Positions 27,569 through 40,700 of a DNA stretch of 64,000 nt are shown piece after piece. The notes under the pieces were generated by a model, which saw nothing but the letters and a program-made list of their open reading frames with translations, did no database searches and was not told the DNA's origin. A program made the position numbers and the translations under genes. The DNA lies in the NCBI GenBank assembly GCA_964016885.1, contig OZ024751.1, positions 11,408,001 to 11,472,000 of the forward strand. The letters run 5' to 3'. Numbering within the stretch: the first letter of the stretch is position 1; every line of letters begins with the position of its first letter. The DNA is from Eledone cirrhosa. Lineage: Eukaryota.

Positions 27569-29444
27569 CCACTCCTGGAATTCTATAAGAATCCAACATT
27601 CATAATTTTCAGCAGGCAAAGGGAGTTTTCACCCTTAACGGGATATGAAATCTTCGAATCTCTATATATATAAATGATACAGTTTTTGTTTTCTGTTAGC
27701 AACACCTCTACATCATGTTTTTTTAGTTTTGCAGTCAGCAGATGTTTTGATAGAAACGTCTGCAGGATATCCCTTGTATTGAAACATAAGACACATTGAA
27801 AACCAGAAAAATATTTTGTATATTAATCTCATGCTAACCTGCATCTATGTATGCTAATATATATTGTTTTAGCAACATCTAGCCACATTGTAAGGCAACA
27901 TCATTTTATGAGGCTGCGGGTACATCGGCTGTTGAAATGTGTAATACCTTCCAAAGAAATTTGGCGTGAAAGGTCGTATTTAATTGATTCGTTATTTTAT
28001 GAAGATCGAAAGAATGGTTGATAACATGGATCTGTTCAAAGTTTGAAATCATAACGAAGAGAGTAATAGCTATTAGACTATATAATGTTTCGTCTACTCC
28101 CGAAATGAGTTTGTCAATCTTGCCTCGGTTTTATTAAATTGCTACTAATCTATTCTGTGTAATAATCAGTGGGAATTTACATTTATGCTACTGAGGAAAA
28201 TGATAAAAATATTTTTTAGAAGATAAGTAGGAATTCGCAACATATCGTGAGTGAACATTCAATAACAGTCATCCAGTTCTTACTTTACTTTATCTTGATG
28301 CTGATCATTAAAAACTATTAAGATTGGAGGTACAATATATTGTCAAAAATCTACCATCTATAAACAAGATCTTTCTCTACATGGCGGCTACGAGAAGACA
28401 GTTTTAGATTTTTTATAGCTTCACTTGGTTTCCCCTTTTTTTCTCATTTTCTTCATGCTTTTTTCGTTTCCCGCTGGCGTATTTTTTAATATATTTCTCT
28501 ATCTCGTTATTGTTTCATAACTATAAGGGGTATTAAATACTTCCCGTAGTATATCATAGCTAACAAGCTATATACCGACGTATAAATTGATTAAATAAAA
28601 AAAAATCTCAACTATTGAAGGATAAATTGTAAAGATAAACTCGAGCTAGATTTGAACACAGAACATAAGGATGTATATCTAAACATCACGTGACATTCAA
28701 TCAATTCGTCTTCCGATTCAGCAAAATATATACAGAGACCTTATAATGATAATGATAATAAATATAGGGAAAATATACTGGAAAATGGGATAATAAAAGT
28801 AGATAGTAGAAAGAGTTATTCTAACTAATAGTGTATTCTTTTTTTCTTTATTCCCCGAACTATTTTTCTACATTTAATATATATATGTTTCAATGTCGGC
28901 CATTAGCAAGACGTTTGACTTCATTTATATCGCCATTTTCTCTCTTTTCGTGTTATTTTTTCATTTTCACTAGAAGTGTTAGTTTGCTTTCTTCCAGCTT
29001 ATGAATGCTTCGCCTTCAAACAACGACGGAAAAATTACAGTGTGGCTGGTACAATTTGCTTATTACACTTCAAATTTAGCAGCACTCGCTATATGATTAA
29101 AGACAAAGTTGTTTGATTAAACAGCGTAAGAGTGCAAGAAAGACGGGACACGTAGTAAAAGAAGTAAGGGCGGTCTCTTAAAGGGAGATGATTAAGGCCG
29201 TTGTACAATGAGTGTACTCACAGCCGAAGTCTACTTGATTGCTTTTAGCGCGATATTGTTTAGTCAATATGGTGGAGGTTGTAAAATACATAGAAAGAAG
29301 GAAAGAGCACAGAGAAGAAAGCAAAGGAAAAAAAAAATGAGAAAGAAAGAGATAATGAAAATGAAGAAGAAAGAATATATTATTTCCAATTTATGTGTAT
29401 TTACAGTGTTTTTTTTTACTTAGTACCTATGCTGTAACATAACA

Positions 29445-29533
<89 letters not shown>

Positions 29534-29758
29534 TGTATTTATATATGAATGTATGTATTTATGTATGCATGCATCTAGGTATGTATGCGTGTATGCTCGT
29601 ATGTTTTATGTATGTATGTGCGTATGTATGCATGCATGTTTGTATGTATGTATGTATATGTATGTATGTATAATTGCTTCTACGTAGACAATAGTCGTTA
29701 ACGATTTCACACTGGCGTATATTACCTTCTGAAGAACTCGAAATTTTTATTTATGCTC

Positions 29759-29836
<78 letters not shown>

Positions 29837-29893
29837 ATGTATACATCCATACATACATATATATCCATCTATTTATCTATCTCCTCTCCCCAA

Positions 29894-29927
<34 letters not shown>

Positions 29928-30035
29928 ATATAGTTATGTGTGTGTGCGGCCTCTCTGTGTGTATGTGTGTGTGGATGTGTATACATTCACACATACATAT
30001 ATCCATCCATCTATCAATCCGTCTCTCCCCATATA

Positions 30036-30129
<94 letters not shown>

Positions 30130-30434
30130 AGTGTGTGTGTGTGTGTGTACAGGCGTGTATACCTTATAACTTCTCATTACAATCTCATACCACCGTGTCT
30201 ATGAGATATTTGTAATATTTTTTTTATGTTCTTTTGTTTGTAAATTATTGTTTCAGCGATTTTGTTAGTTTGTTTCTCCGTTCTTATCATCGATTTTCCT
30301 ATTCCCACTTATCTACTTTTGAGTTTTTTCAATATGGTAACGAATATTCCCTTGCTGAGTTGGCAGAAATCTCTCGTAGCTAAAATCTTTATTTTCGTTC
30401 TGGTTATGTTTTAGTTAAAAATACGGTTCAGTGT

Positions 30435-31965
30435 ATGAGTTCAAATCCCACCGATGTCAACTTTTCCCTTTATCCTTCCGGCGTAGATAAAATAAAGTAC
30501 TAGTAAAACAATGGGTATGATACAGTCAATCTTCACCATCTCTTCAAGTTGCTGGCTTTGTACCTAAATCAAAAAACAATTATAAAGGGCTGTGGATGTG
30601 TAGTATCGGTAGAGCATCGTACAACATGCTTTACGCCCCGAGTTCAATTCCCACCGAGGTTACTTTTATTTCCCTTTCAACCCTGCTGTAGCGATCAAAT
30701 AAAGAATCCGCCACGCACTGGGGTCGATTTAAGTAACTTCCTTGAGCCCCAAATTGCTGGCGTAATTCCTAAATCAGAAACCCTTATTATTAAGGCGATG
30801 AGGGTGGTGGATTGGCACTATCAGTAGAGCGTCAGACGCCATGCTTTGCGGCATATAGTTACCGCCCTTTATGATCTGAGTTCAAATCCCACCGAGGTTA
30901 ACTTTGCCTTTCATCCTTACGCGGTTGATAAATTAAAGTACCAGTCACGCACTGGGACCGATTTAATCGACTTTCCCCTCCCACAAAATTGCTGGCTCTG
31001 TGCCTATATAAGAAACAATTATTATTAAGGCGGTAGATTAGTAGAAACCTTAGAACGTCTGATGAAATACATCGCAGTATTTTGTTATGACATTCTAGGT
31101 CTGGTTTCAAATACCACCGAAGTCAACTTTGCTTTTCTCCGAGGTCGATAAAACAAAGCAATCCGCAAGTTCTGGGTCTGATTTAATCGACATTCCCCTT
31201 ACCTTCAAATGTCCGGCCTTGTAATTATTGTAAACAAATTTAATAATAATTATTTTTAATTCTCTCGGGCGGTGGATTGGCAGTATCAGTAGATGGTCGG
31301 ACACCATGCTTTGCAGCAAAGAGTTACGGCCCTTTATGATCTGAGTTCAACTCCCGCCGAGGTTAACTTTGCCTTTCATCCTTACGAGGTCGATAAAATA
31401 AAGTACCAGTAATGTACTGGGTATTTGCTGGCCTTGTGGCAAAAGTAGAAACAATTATTTTTAATTCTCTCGGCACAGTGAATTTCAAGTGTTTTTAGAG
31501 CGTAGGATACATTTCTTCGCAGTATTTGCTGTTTCGAAGCTCTGAGATCAAATCCTGCTGAAGTCAAATTTACTTTTCATCGTTTTGGGGTAAAAACAAC
31601 AACGGAGAACGGCATTGGTGACGTTAAGGGTTATGGTGATAATGAAAGTGATGAGGTTGCTAATGATAGCCCCATTGATGAGGACGATAATGAAGACCTT
31701 TATGGTAATATTGAGGACGGTGATGATGATGGCCATGTGGACGATGAAGACGACAACAATGACATAGATCATCATTATAATTGTTTCAACTTTTGGCACA
31801 AGGCCAGCAATCACCTCAGTGCATCACTGCTACTTTATTTTATCGACCCCGTAAGGATGAAAGGCAAACTTAACCTCGGCGGGATTTGAACTCAGAATAG
31901 CAAGGGCCGTAATTCTATGGGTCAAAGCATGGCGTTCGACCGTCTACCGATACTGCCAATCCACC
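30435..31965. mobile_element. Cluster of at least six SINE copies of different ages
   Basis: Repeated gagttcaaatccc..cgaggt..actttgcctttcatcc motifs on +, and a young copy on - at 31780-31965. Confidence 0.85.
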
Positions 31966-32577
31966 ATAATAATGATGATTGCGAATACATCTACCTTCCA
32001 TCTACTTTTACATTAGATATTTTCACTATAATGACGACAAAGTCGTATATATTTTTACTTTAGTTATTTTCTTCATATTACTGCTGTTTCCCGTGGTTTT
32101 GTTCTGGATTATAATATAGCGGTAGTAACCATAAAAGTGACCATCATGTTGAAGCTGCTTTTAGTGGTTTAAAAATGGCATACTTAGTAAAATGTGTCTC
32201 TTCAGGCAAAACAGCACAGATTTAACGATAATATTCTAATAACGAAGAGCAGAGAACTTAACCGCCATTTTTCAGATACTAAAACATTGTTTGTGTCTAT
32301 ATTATCTTTACATTTTCTGAAGATTCTGCTTTATACATTTACTGCAAATCTAGATAATAGTTTTCTAGTTCCTAAAGTAAATTCTCAATGGCGTTCCTTC
32401 TTCAATACTCTTTATCCGTCTCAAAAATCCATTGATTTCAGTATCAGATAGATGTGCATTCAATTTTCGTAATGTAACCTGATGGTCGGGAAAACACTTG
32501 CAAGAAAGTCCAACACTTCGAGCTCATTATTGTTTATCTTGTGCAACCTTTCAGAAATGAGTGAGTGATAGAGAGAT

Positions 32578-32628
<51 letters not shown>

Positions 32629-32682
32629 TAAGTATATATATATATATACTTATGTATATATATATATGTATATATATATATG

Positions 32683-32743
<61 letters not shown>

Positions 32744-32775
32744 ATGTGTGTGTAATATATATAAATATATATATG

Positions 32776-32809
<34 letters not shown>

Positions 32810-32829
32810 TACATATATATATACAGAGA

Positions 32830-32864
<35 letters not shown>

Positions 32865-33040
32865 GGAGGGAGAGATAGTTCATATCAATGTAGTTTCTTT
32901 CAGTCTTTATATTTTCCGCTCTCAGTATTAAATACTATAAATGTCTACCGTATTGTCTTTTCAAAAGGCCGTAGTTTATCTACATTTCTTCTGTCACACC
33001 CGCTCTCGTGTCTATCTTCACTCTACTCATATCTTTATCT

Positions 33041-33095
<55 letters not shown>

Positions 33096-33647
33096 AAATT
33101 ATGCGTGTGTACATACATTCATATTCATGTGTGTGTGGAAGTACGTAAACGTGAGAATAATCTTAGGTGCATATAAAACAATCATATTTCGAACAACAAC
33201 ACCAAGAGGAGCCACATTATTAAAAGTGATTCCATTCACGACGCTGCCATTACCATCATCTTCAGTTTGATCAGTACAGTGAGCACAACTACACCGAAAT
33301 GCTTTGTCTTAATCTCTTGATGCGCAAATTTGCTGCGACACGGATTGGATGTGTTTGTATAAATCATGTTAACAGCGAGAATCAGACGCAGGCAACAGAA
33401 ACAAACCGCAGGATCACGCGATCTCGTCTGCTCCATATTACATATTATACTAAATCCTAACGCTCGCAATTCACTGAAAGATGTGTACTTCACACTTGTC
33501 AATTCGTTTTATATCCGATTTGTTCCTTTATTTCTTTTCGCTATTTACTATAATTCCCTTTCCTCTTAAACAACTCATATCCATTCTTTTCGCTGGTTAT
33601 TTCCCTGTTCTACATTCCATGTCTTACATAATCTTCAACATGGAGGG

Positions 33648-33760
33648 AGAGGCGTAGCTAAGCGGCTAGAGTTTCCTGCTCATAATTATAAGGTTGTGAG
33701 ATCCATTGCTGGACTGGGCAACGCATTGTGTCCTTGAGCAAGACACATAATTTTGTGTTT
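33648..33760 (+). mobile_element. Old tRNA-derived CORE-like SINE fragment
   Basis: ggcgtagctaagcggctagag head followed by the CORE-like segment gtgtccttgagcaagacac. Confidence 0.55.
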
Positions 33761-34824
33761 CTCTGACACCTATATTGAGGTCATATGTGTCCCTGTTTAG
33801 CTCACATACTTACCCGCTCATTTCACGAGAAGCTCGTTCCATTGGTCAAATATCCATCACCCACTATACACACACACACACACACACATAGTACAGGGAA
33901 AATGGAATTCTTACTTTATTAATAGAAATGTTCGTAAATCAATTAAATAATTTAAACTGATTTTCAGAATCACCCGCGTACCGAAACACAGCTTTATCTA
34001 GATTCTACAAATTGTGTGTTGAGGAAATTTTTTTCATACTTAAATGTAAGAATTCTATTAATCTAAGAATGAATTTATTTAATTCTTGTGGACATCGTCT
34101 GAATTCAACATTCAGAACTATATATAAATTGTAATTATACTTATAATATTTCTACTTATTTCCATAACAATCTTATCCACTTGGTTTTAATATATTGATA
34201 TCTCTGAATCATAATATCTATAAAATTCGTTATAATTCCACTTCTTAATGTTTCATAAAATATATACATACATATATAATTCTAATTTTTTTTTTAATTT
34301 TTATTTTAATTTTAATTTTAATTGTAATTTTAATCTTAATAAATTTTAATTCTTTATTTTTATTTCTTTAATTTTTATTTCTTTAAAAGTTATTTATCTC
34401 TTATAAATTATTTAAAAAAAAATTTCTTCAAATTTTTAATATTTTTTCAATATTTTTTATCAGATTTATAACCACTAACTGATTATGGCTAAATATATCT
34501 TTCAACATTTATACTTATTTTGACTAAATAGTCTCATACTAACGAATAAATAAATTAAACTGGAGTTTTTCCGTATCTTCCCATTTTAAAATATATAAAT
34601 ATAAATATTCTTATCAACTAATTTAATTTAATTTAACTTAATATTTATTTACATTAAATACAAAACCAATATCTCTCATAACTCATTAAAACAATTATCT
34701 ATAACATGATATACCCATCTATTTAATATCATTGAAAATTTACTCCAGTAACTTGTTGAGTGCTCTAAATCAGTTATAAACATTTATATTTGTCGGACTT
34801 CCAACAAATTAAATACCCCTTTTA

Positions 34825-35103
<279 letters not shown>

Positions 35104-35137
35104 TTATATATATATATATATATACATCTATATATAT

Positions 35138-36110
35138 ACTTCGTTTTTTAATTTGATGCAAATAGGACTTGCCCCTGTATAGGAGTAAATCTTGGAATAC
35201 AATAGAAAGGATTAAGAAAAAGACAAATAAAATCAACTCATTGTATGATAGCAATAAATACCAGAGTATAATGTTCGTCAATACAACCCTTAGAGGTATA
35301 ATCAGTAAAACATACCCATTTCAAAGATCCATCTGTACTGATAGGAAATTCATCGTCAGCGAGCTAAGCCCGCAAACTAACTGCACAACTAGAAACGTAG
35401 TATATAGCATAAGATGTACTGACGGACAGTGTAGGTGTAAGAGCACAACATACATAAGCCAAACAGTCCTTAGCATAGGAAAAATGATAAGTGAACACTG
35501 GCGAGATCTTCAAGATGAGAAAACCTCATTAGTACTGCACCAACAAGCCAAAATAGTACATAGTTGCACACAGGAGATCATAGAAATACAAATTATATCC
35601 ACACACAGAAAGATGCAATGCTCTGATAAATCACAGAGGCGACAAACATAAACGAACTCCAACCAAAATTAAACATAAAACATGAGTGGAATAGCAACAT
35701 CACAACTAGTAATTCAGGACAAAATGAAGACATACAGACACACACCAGTCAAAAACCAAACTAATGAAACAAATCAGACACAGACAGATAGAACAAACAA
35801 CCAACTAGTGGCAAGTAAATAAACACATAAATAAATAAATAAAAACATACTCACACCTGGATGTAACGCATGCGCAAAGCAAGCACAGAGTACACAAAAC
35901 TAAAAAAAAAAGATGGTGTAGGACAGAACAAAGTAGAGACACGATAAAAACACTGTCATTGAGGAAGTTACAGAATGAGTAACGAAAGAGCTTTGACAAT
36001 ATATGAGCAACCACCCGGTTATCGAACCAACCGGAAATTTATAATAAATTGAAGTGAAAACGAGAAGGGGCGTGTGTTTTAATTGGCAGCATGACCCTCC
36101 CAAAGTACAA
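35138..36110 (+). mobile_element. 5'-truncated Penelope-like element (Neptune-like): Cys-rich linker, GIY-YIG remnant and 3' terminal repeat
   Basis: ORF 35169-35651 reads PLYRSKSW...NCTTRNVVYSIRC...TYISQT. An HHR motif lies downstream. The 5' end abuts (TA)n. Confidence 0.85.
35954..35998 (+). ncRNA. Hammerhead ribozyme motif (C3 mutated) in the PLE 3' repeat
   Basis: tgtca-TTGAGGA-a-gttac-agaatga-gtaac-GAAA-gagc-TT-tgaca. Confidence 0.65.
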
Positions 36111-36873
36111 CAATATATATATAGTAACGACTCTTTTCGTACTATATCAAGCGTTAAACTAATTTATTTACTGTACTGTGGTTGTATGAAGTGACTGAGA
36201 GTACGCCAGTCCATCGTTAAACCACCAGCTATAGCTAGTAATCATTTTCAGCTGAGCATACGTGCAAGATTAAATGAATTATTTTGCAAAAAAAACACAA
36301 CATGCAACCCAGCCAGCCATCCCATAAATTGAACCCACGGCGTTATGATCCTCAGTCCAACACCCTTGTCACTAGAATACTTGGCCACACGCCTCCCCTT
36401 TATCGTATGATTGGTTGAAAATAAATAAATGCTCTGCAGTTCTCATATAACACAGTTTCCAATGGAGAGAACAAAGTGTTTCATTCCTTAAAATATGATA
36501 ACAGGGAAATAGGTAACGGGGTATATATGTTTCTATATGGGTATTTTTCTTCAATATCGAAACAAATATCAATTCATTTGGAATGTTTTTAGCTACGTCA
36601 CTTATTCAGTACCTCACCGACAAACTGATCCGCCTCTCTATATAATTGTTCTAATCACTCATTCAATTCTTGGTTTTACTTTCAATCTATGTGTATCCTG
36701 TATCTTTTATTTCTAGCCGTCAAATCCATTGAATATGATTAAACATCTCCTTTCACTCTTATCTCCATATTTACTAGGCTCAAATACATCATCACCTCAC
36801 TCTAATTATCAATATCTATCAATTAAAATTCACCTGTATATTTCTTTCTACTATCTGTCTACTCCTTTCTATG

Positions 36874-36937
<64 letters not shown>

Positions 36938-36940
<3 letters not shown>

Positions 36941-37112
36941 GTTTCTAGTACTGTTTCATTCGTGAGAAATCCATCAGGAAGCTTCCTGATGATTTCTCAC
37001 GAGGCAAACAGTTCTAGTCCCGTAGAAGCTCTTCTATATTAACAAGTTTATACTCTGCTAGGTATTGAGTACCTTACTTACTGTGGTTAGCTCCGATTCA
37101 ACCCGGAATAAC
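36938..37112 (+). mobile_element. Palindromic double-hammerhead short element, family A copy 3
   Basis: catcaggaagcttcctgatg centre and the same tail as copies 1 and 2. Both cores carry point mutations. Confidence 0.75.
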
Positions 37113-37139
37113 CTATATATATATATATTCGCACACACA

Positions 37140-38255
37140 CCTACAGACCCTTCCGTAAGCTTAACGAAAAACTCAATTACATTCACAAGGACTCATGCCA
37201 CCCTCCCACTGTTTTTAGAAACTTCGTAAATAATATCAGTACTAAAATCTCAAACCTCTGCTCTAATAAGGCTATCTTCAACAAAGCGCCACCCTACTAT
37301 AACACGGCGTTAGCTAACAGCGGCATCTCGCAACCTATCACTTACTCTCCCACTAACAACAACAGCAATAAGAAAAGAAAGCGTAACATTAGACAAACTA
37401 TCTGGTTCTCTCCTGCCTTCTCACTCAACGTTAAAACCAATGTAGGCAAAACATTTCTAGCCCTCTTAGATAGACACTTCCGCATAGGTCATAAATACCG
37501 CTCTATCTTTAACCGACACAAAGTTAAACAAGGACACTCCTGCGCTAAGAACATGAAGACCCACATCACCACCAGCCCTAAGAGCAACACCCCACCAGGG
37601 TGCTCTTGCCGTAAGCCCGAAGCTTGTCTCCTTCAACAGCAATGCAACACACCCGCTGTAGTTTATGAAGCTGTGGTCACTTCCAACCGACGACATCAAC
37701 CTCAGGAGGTCAAATCCGATGTGGGTATGGCGGAGGACCGATTTAAGGAACGCTTGCTGAAACACCAGTCGACATTTAGGTATCCGGACAGACGTTCATC
37801 CACGAAACTTGCGAGCCACGTATGTCTACTCGATGACTCAAGTATAGACTACTCCATTCAATGGAAAGCCATCACTAAGTCCAAGCCATACGCAAGGGGA
37901 AATCCGTCGTGTGGACTATGTATTGATGAACGAATAAATATTCTAAAGAGATTACGCAATAACGATTGCCTAAACTCAAGATATGAATTTTCACACGTTG
38001 TCCACACGTCTGGAAACCCCTCTTACATAACTGAAAAGCTCCGGATTGAATTACAACAACATCCTAATTTTCTTATCAACTAGAAACTTTCGGACTTTCG
38101 CAGTTATCTCCCTTACAACTCTCGCACGCAATTTAGTATTGCCTGAGTGAAGTGACCGTTTCTGCGCATACGGGTGTCCTTCCTGTTCCGTATAACCATG
38201 TCCATTACGAGCTGAGGATACGCTAGGGTGAAACAATTGTTCTCGGTATGGTGAA
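37140..38255 (+). mobile_element. 5'-truncated Penelope-like element (Nematis-like): RT thumb, linker, GIY-YIG endonuclease and 3' repeat
   Basis: TYRPFRKLNEKLNYIHKDSCHPP; IWFSPAFSLNVKTNVGKTFLALLDRHF; ORF 37553-38083 CSCRKPEAC..C..VVYEAVV..VGMAEDRFKER..H..CGLCIDE..LNSRYE. Confidence 0.9.
38202..38251 (+). ncRNA. Minimal type I hammerhead at the 3' end of the Nematis-like PLE
   Basis: ccattacgag-CTGAGGA-tacgctagggt-GAAA-caattg-TT-ctcggtatgg. Stem II is weakened. Confidence 0.75.
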
Positions 38256-38257
38256 TA

Positions 38258-38447
38258 TTATGCGCATTTCAAAAACAAATATCATCCAGGGACGGTATTT
38301 GCGTTCTCATCGGATAAAATAGGGAGACATGATATGAAGCTTAAAAAAGACACTTGTGAGGAAGGTAGTGTCTAAACAACATATGATATCTGATGAGAAC
38401 GCAAATATCGTCCCTGGATGATATTTGTTTTTGAAATGCGCATAATA
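38258..38447. ncRNA. Inverted pair of hammerhead motifs (38258-38318 on -, 38387-38447 on +)
   Basis: CTGATGA-gaacgcaaatatcgtcc-ct-ggatgatatttgttttt-GAAA-tgcgca-TA. The minus copy has CCGATGA. Confidence 0.7.
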
Positions 38448-39191
38448 AAATACATGGAACTTTTTAAACTATCTTTTAATTTCTTCTTATATATATATAA
38501 AAAATAATTAATCAACGAAAAAAGAGTTAGTTGATTTGTAATCAACTGACTCATATATAACAGACGGTATATATTTATCGGGAGTATTATTATAATAGAA
38601 ATAGTAATAAATGAAATATATATATATATAGATATATATATATGCATATATATACACATGAATTTATATACATATATATACATATAATTATATATACATA
38701 TATGGATATTAAAGAAAACCTTACATTCGTATACATATTACGTATATGTGTGTGCGTGTGTGTTGCTTATCATTCTCTTTACCCGATTCTCTCTGTTCCA
38801 TGTACCATCCAATCTTCACATTTCTTCAGCTATCTTCAAGTTCAACTTCTCAGCCCCTCTCTCTCTCTCCTTCTATCTCTCTCTCTCCTCCAAATTTCAA
38901 CCATCTCCTTCAATACATTATAAGTTAATCCTCAGCTAACTCTATATCTAATAAAAATTTCACCATGATTGACATATGTAATTAGCATTAAACAACAGAT
39001 CACTTACATACGGCACATAGATAGCTGTTCTTCGTGCCCCTACCCTACACAACACATATATCTGTTCCTTGCTCCTCCGCATCCCCAGCGGCTCTTCACA
39101 GTAATAAAGCGAAATTGGAAGAATATAGGCGGAGTTATAGAAAGAATTACTTAGAAAAAATAGGTAACGTGGAAGCAGGATTCAGCTGAGG

Positions 39192-39336
<145 letters not shown>

Positions 39337-39416
39337 TAAACTGTTAAACAATATTCAATGATGGTGTCAAAGAATGAGTTTTACAGTAGATTGGAAATAA
39401 TTTTCAGGAGTTATTA

Positions 39417-39718
39417 ATATTAAAATATAAGTATTAATAAAATAGATGTTCTTTTGATCAATTACATTTTATTATACATATTTCGGCGTACACAGTACAT
39501 CCTCATCAGACAAAATATAATGATACATGACATACCCTGAGATGTTAAATTGGTTAAGATTTAATCAAGGTAAATATTAACCATTTAACATCTCAGGGTA
39601 TGTCATGTATCATTATATTTTGTCTGATGAGGACGTACTGTTGTACATCCGAAATATGTATAATAAAATGTAATTGATCAAAAGAACATCTATTTTTTTA
39701 ATACTTATATTTTAATAT
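39417..39718. ncRNA. 300-bp fold-back with an intact hammerhead in each arm (39461-39521 on -, 39612-39674 on +)
   Basis: attatattttgt-CTGATGA-ggacgtac-tgtt-gtacatcc-GAAA-tatgta-TA-ataaaatgtaat. Stem I is 12 bp including G-U pairs. Confidence 0.85.
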
Positions 39719-39918
39719 ATATATATATATATATATGTAAGATTAAGAATATGATGATGATGATGATGATTTTTATCCTCAACAGTAATATAGTTGATCA
39801 TGGTGATGATGATGATGATGATGACATCAATGAGAACGATAGAGAGAACATATAATGTAGAACAGAGGGGGAGTAGAATAAGAAGAACAAAGAAGAAAAG
39901 GAAAGAAAGAAATAATAA

Positions 39919-40378
39919 TTGTTTCTACTATAGGCACACGGACAGCTATTACCCAGTGCATTACTGGTACTTTATTTTATCGACCCCGTAAGGATGAAAG
40001 GCAAAGTCAACCTCGGCGGGATTTTAACTCAGATCGTAAAGGGACGTAACTATGCTGGAAAGCATGGCGTCCGATCCTCTACTGATACTGCCAATCCACC
40101 GCATAATTATTATTATTCCTTATAAAGGCACACGGCCAGCAATTTTGGGGAAGGGGAAAGTCGATTAAATCGACTCCAGTGCATTACTGGTACTTTATTT
40201 TATCGACCCCGTAAGGATGAAAGGCAAATTTAACCTCAGCGTGATTTGAACTAAGACCGTAAAAGGCGATAATTCTATGCTGTAAAGCATGGTGTCTGTT
40301 GCTCTACTGACACTGCCAATCCACTGCCTATAATAATAATAATTGTTTCTACTTTTGGCACAAGGCCAGCAATTATTG
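39919..40378 (-). mobile_element. Two full SINE copies (short and long form) plus a tail fragment
   Basis: Sequence match to the other copies; joined by (AAT)n spacers. Confidence 0.9.
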
Positions 40379-40700
40379 CCCCCCCCCCTTCACCACTTCT
40401 ACTACTCCACGATCTTCCTCTTCTCACCTTCTTCACACCTCCCTACACATTCGTCTCCCCCTCCTCCAGTTCCTATTCCTCTAGCCCCCCCCCCCCCCAT
40501 TTACCGCTGGTTCGTCTGGTCGTTTAAGAGGGCTTCATAATTGTATTCTAAAACAATGTTAATGAACACATCTATCAGAAGGACGCAGGTGAGATTGGAG
40601 GGAGGACAGATAACTCAGGGAGACAGCGGTGGAGAGGCAGTGAAACGGAATAGAAGTATGAGAGAATGATAGAATGATAGAATGGTTTGACAGGAGAATA

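Noticed and set aside
29720-29770. CTGAAGA...gctcGAAA motif running into (TA)n
   Set aside because: Stem II is mismatched and there is no 3' stem I. It may be a remnant but cannot be supported.
34150-34800. Very AT-rich stretch considered as a possible NUMT
   Set aside because: No mitochondrial gene, tRNA or rRNA motif could be recognised.
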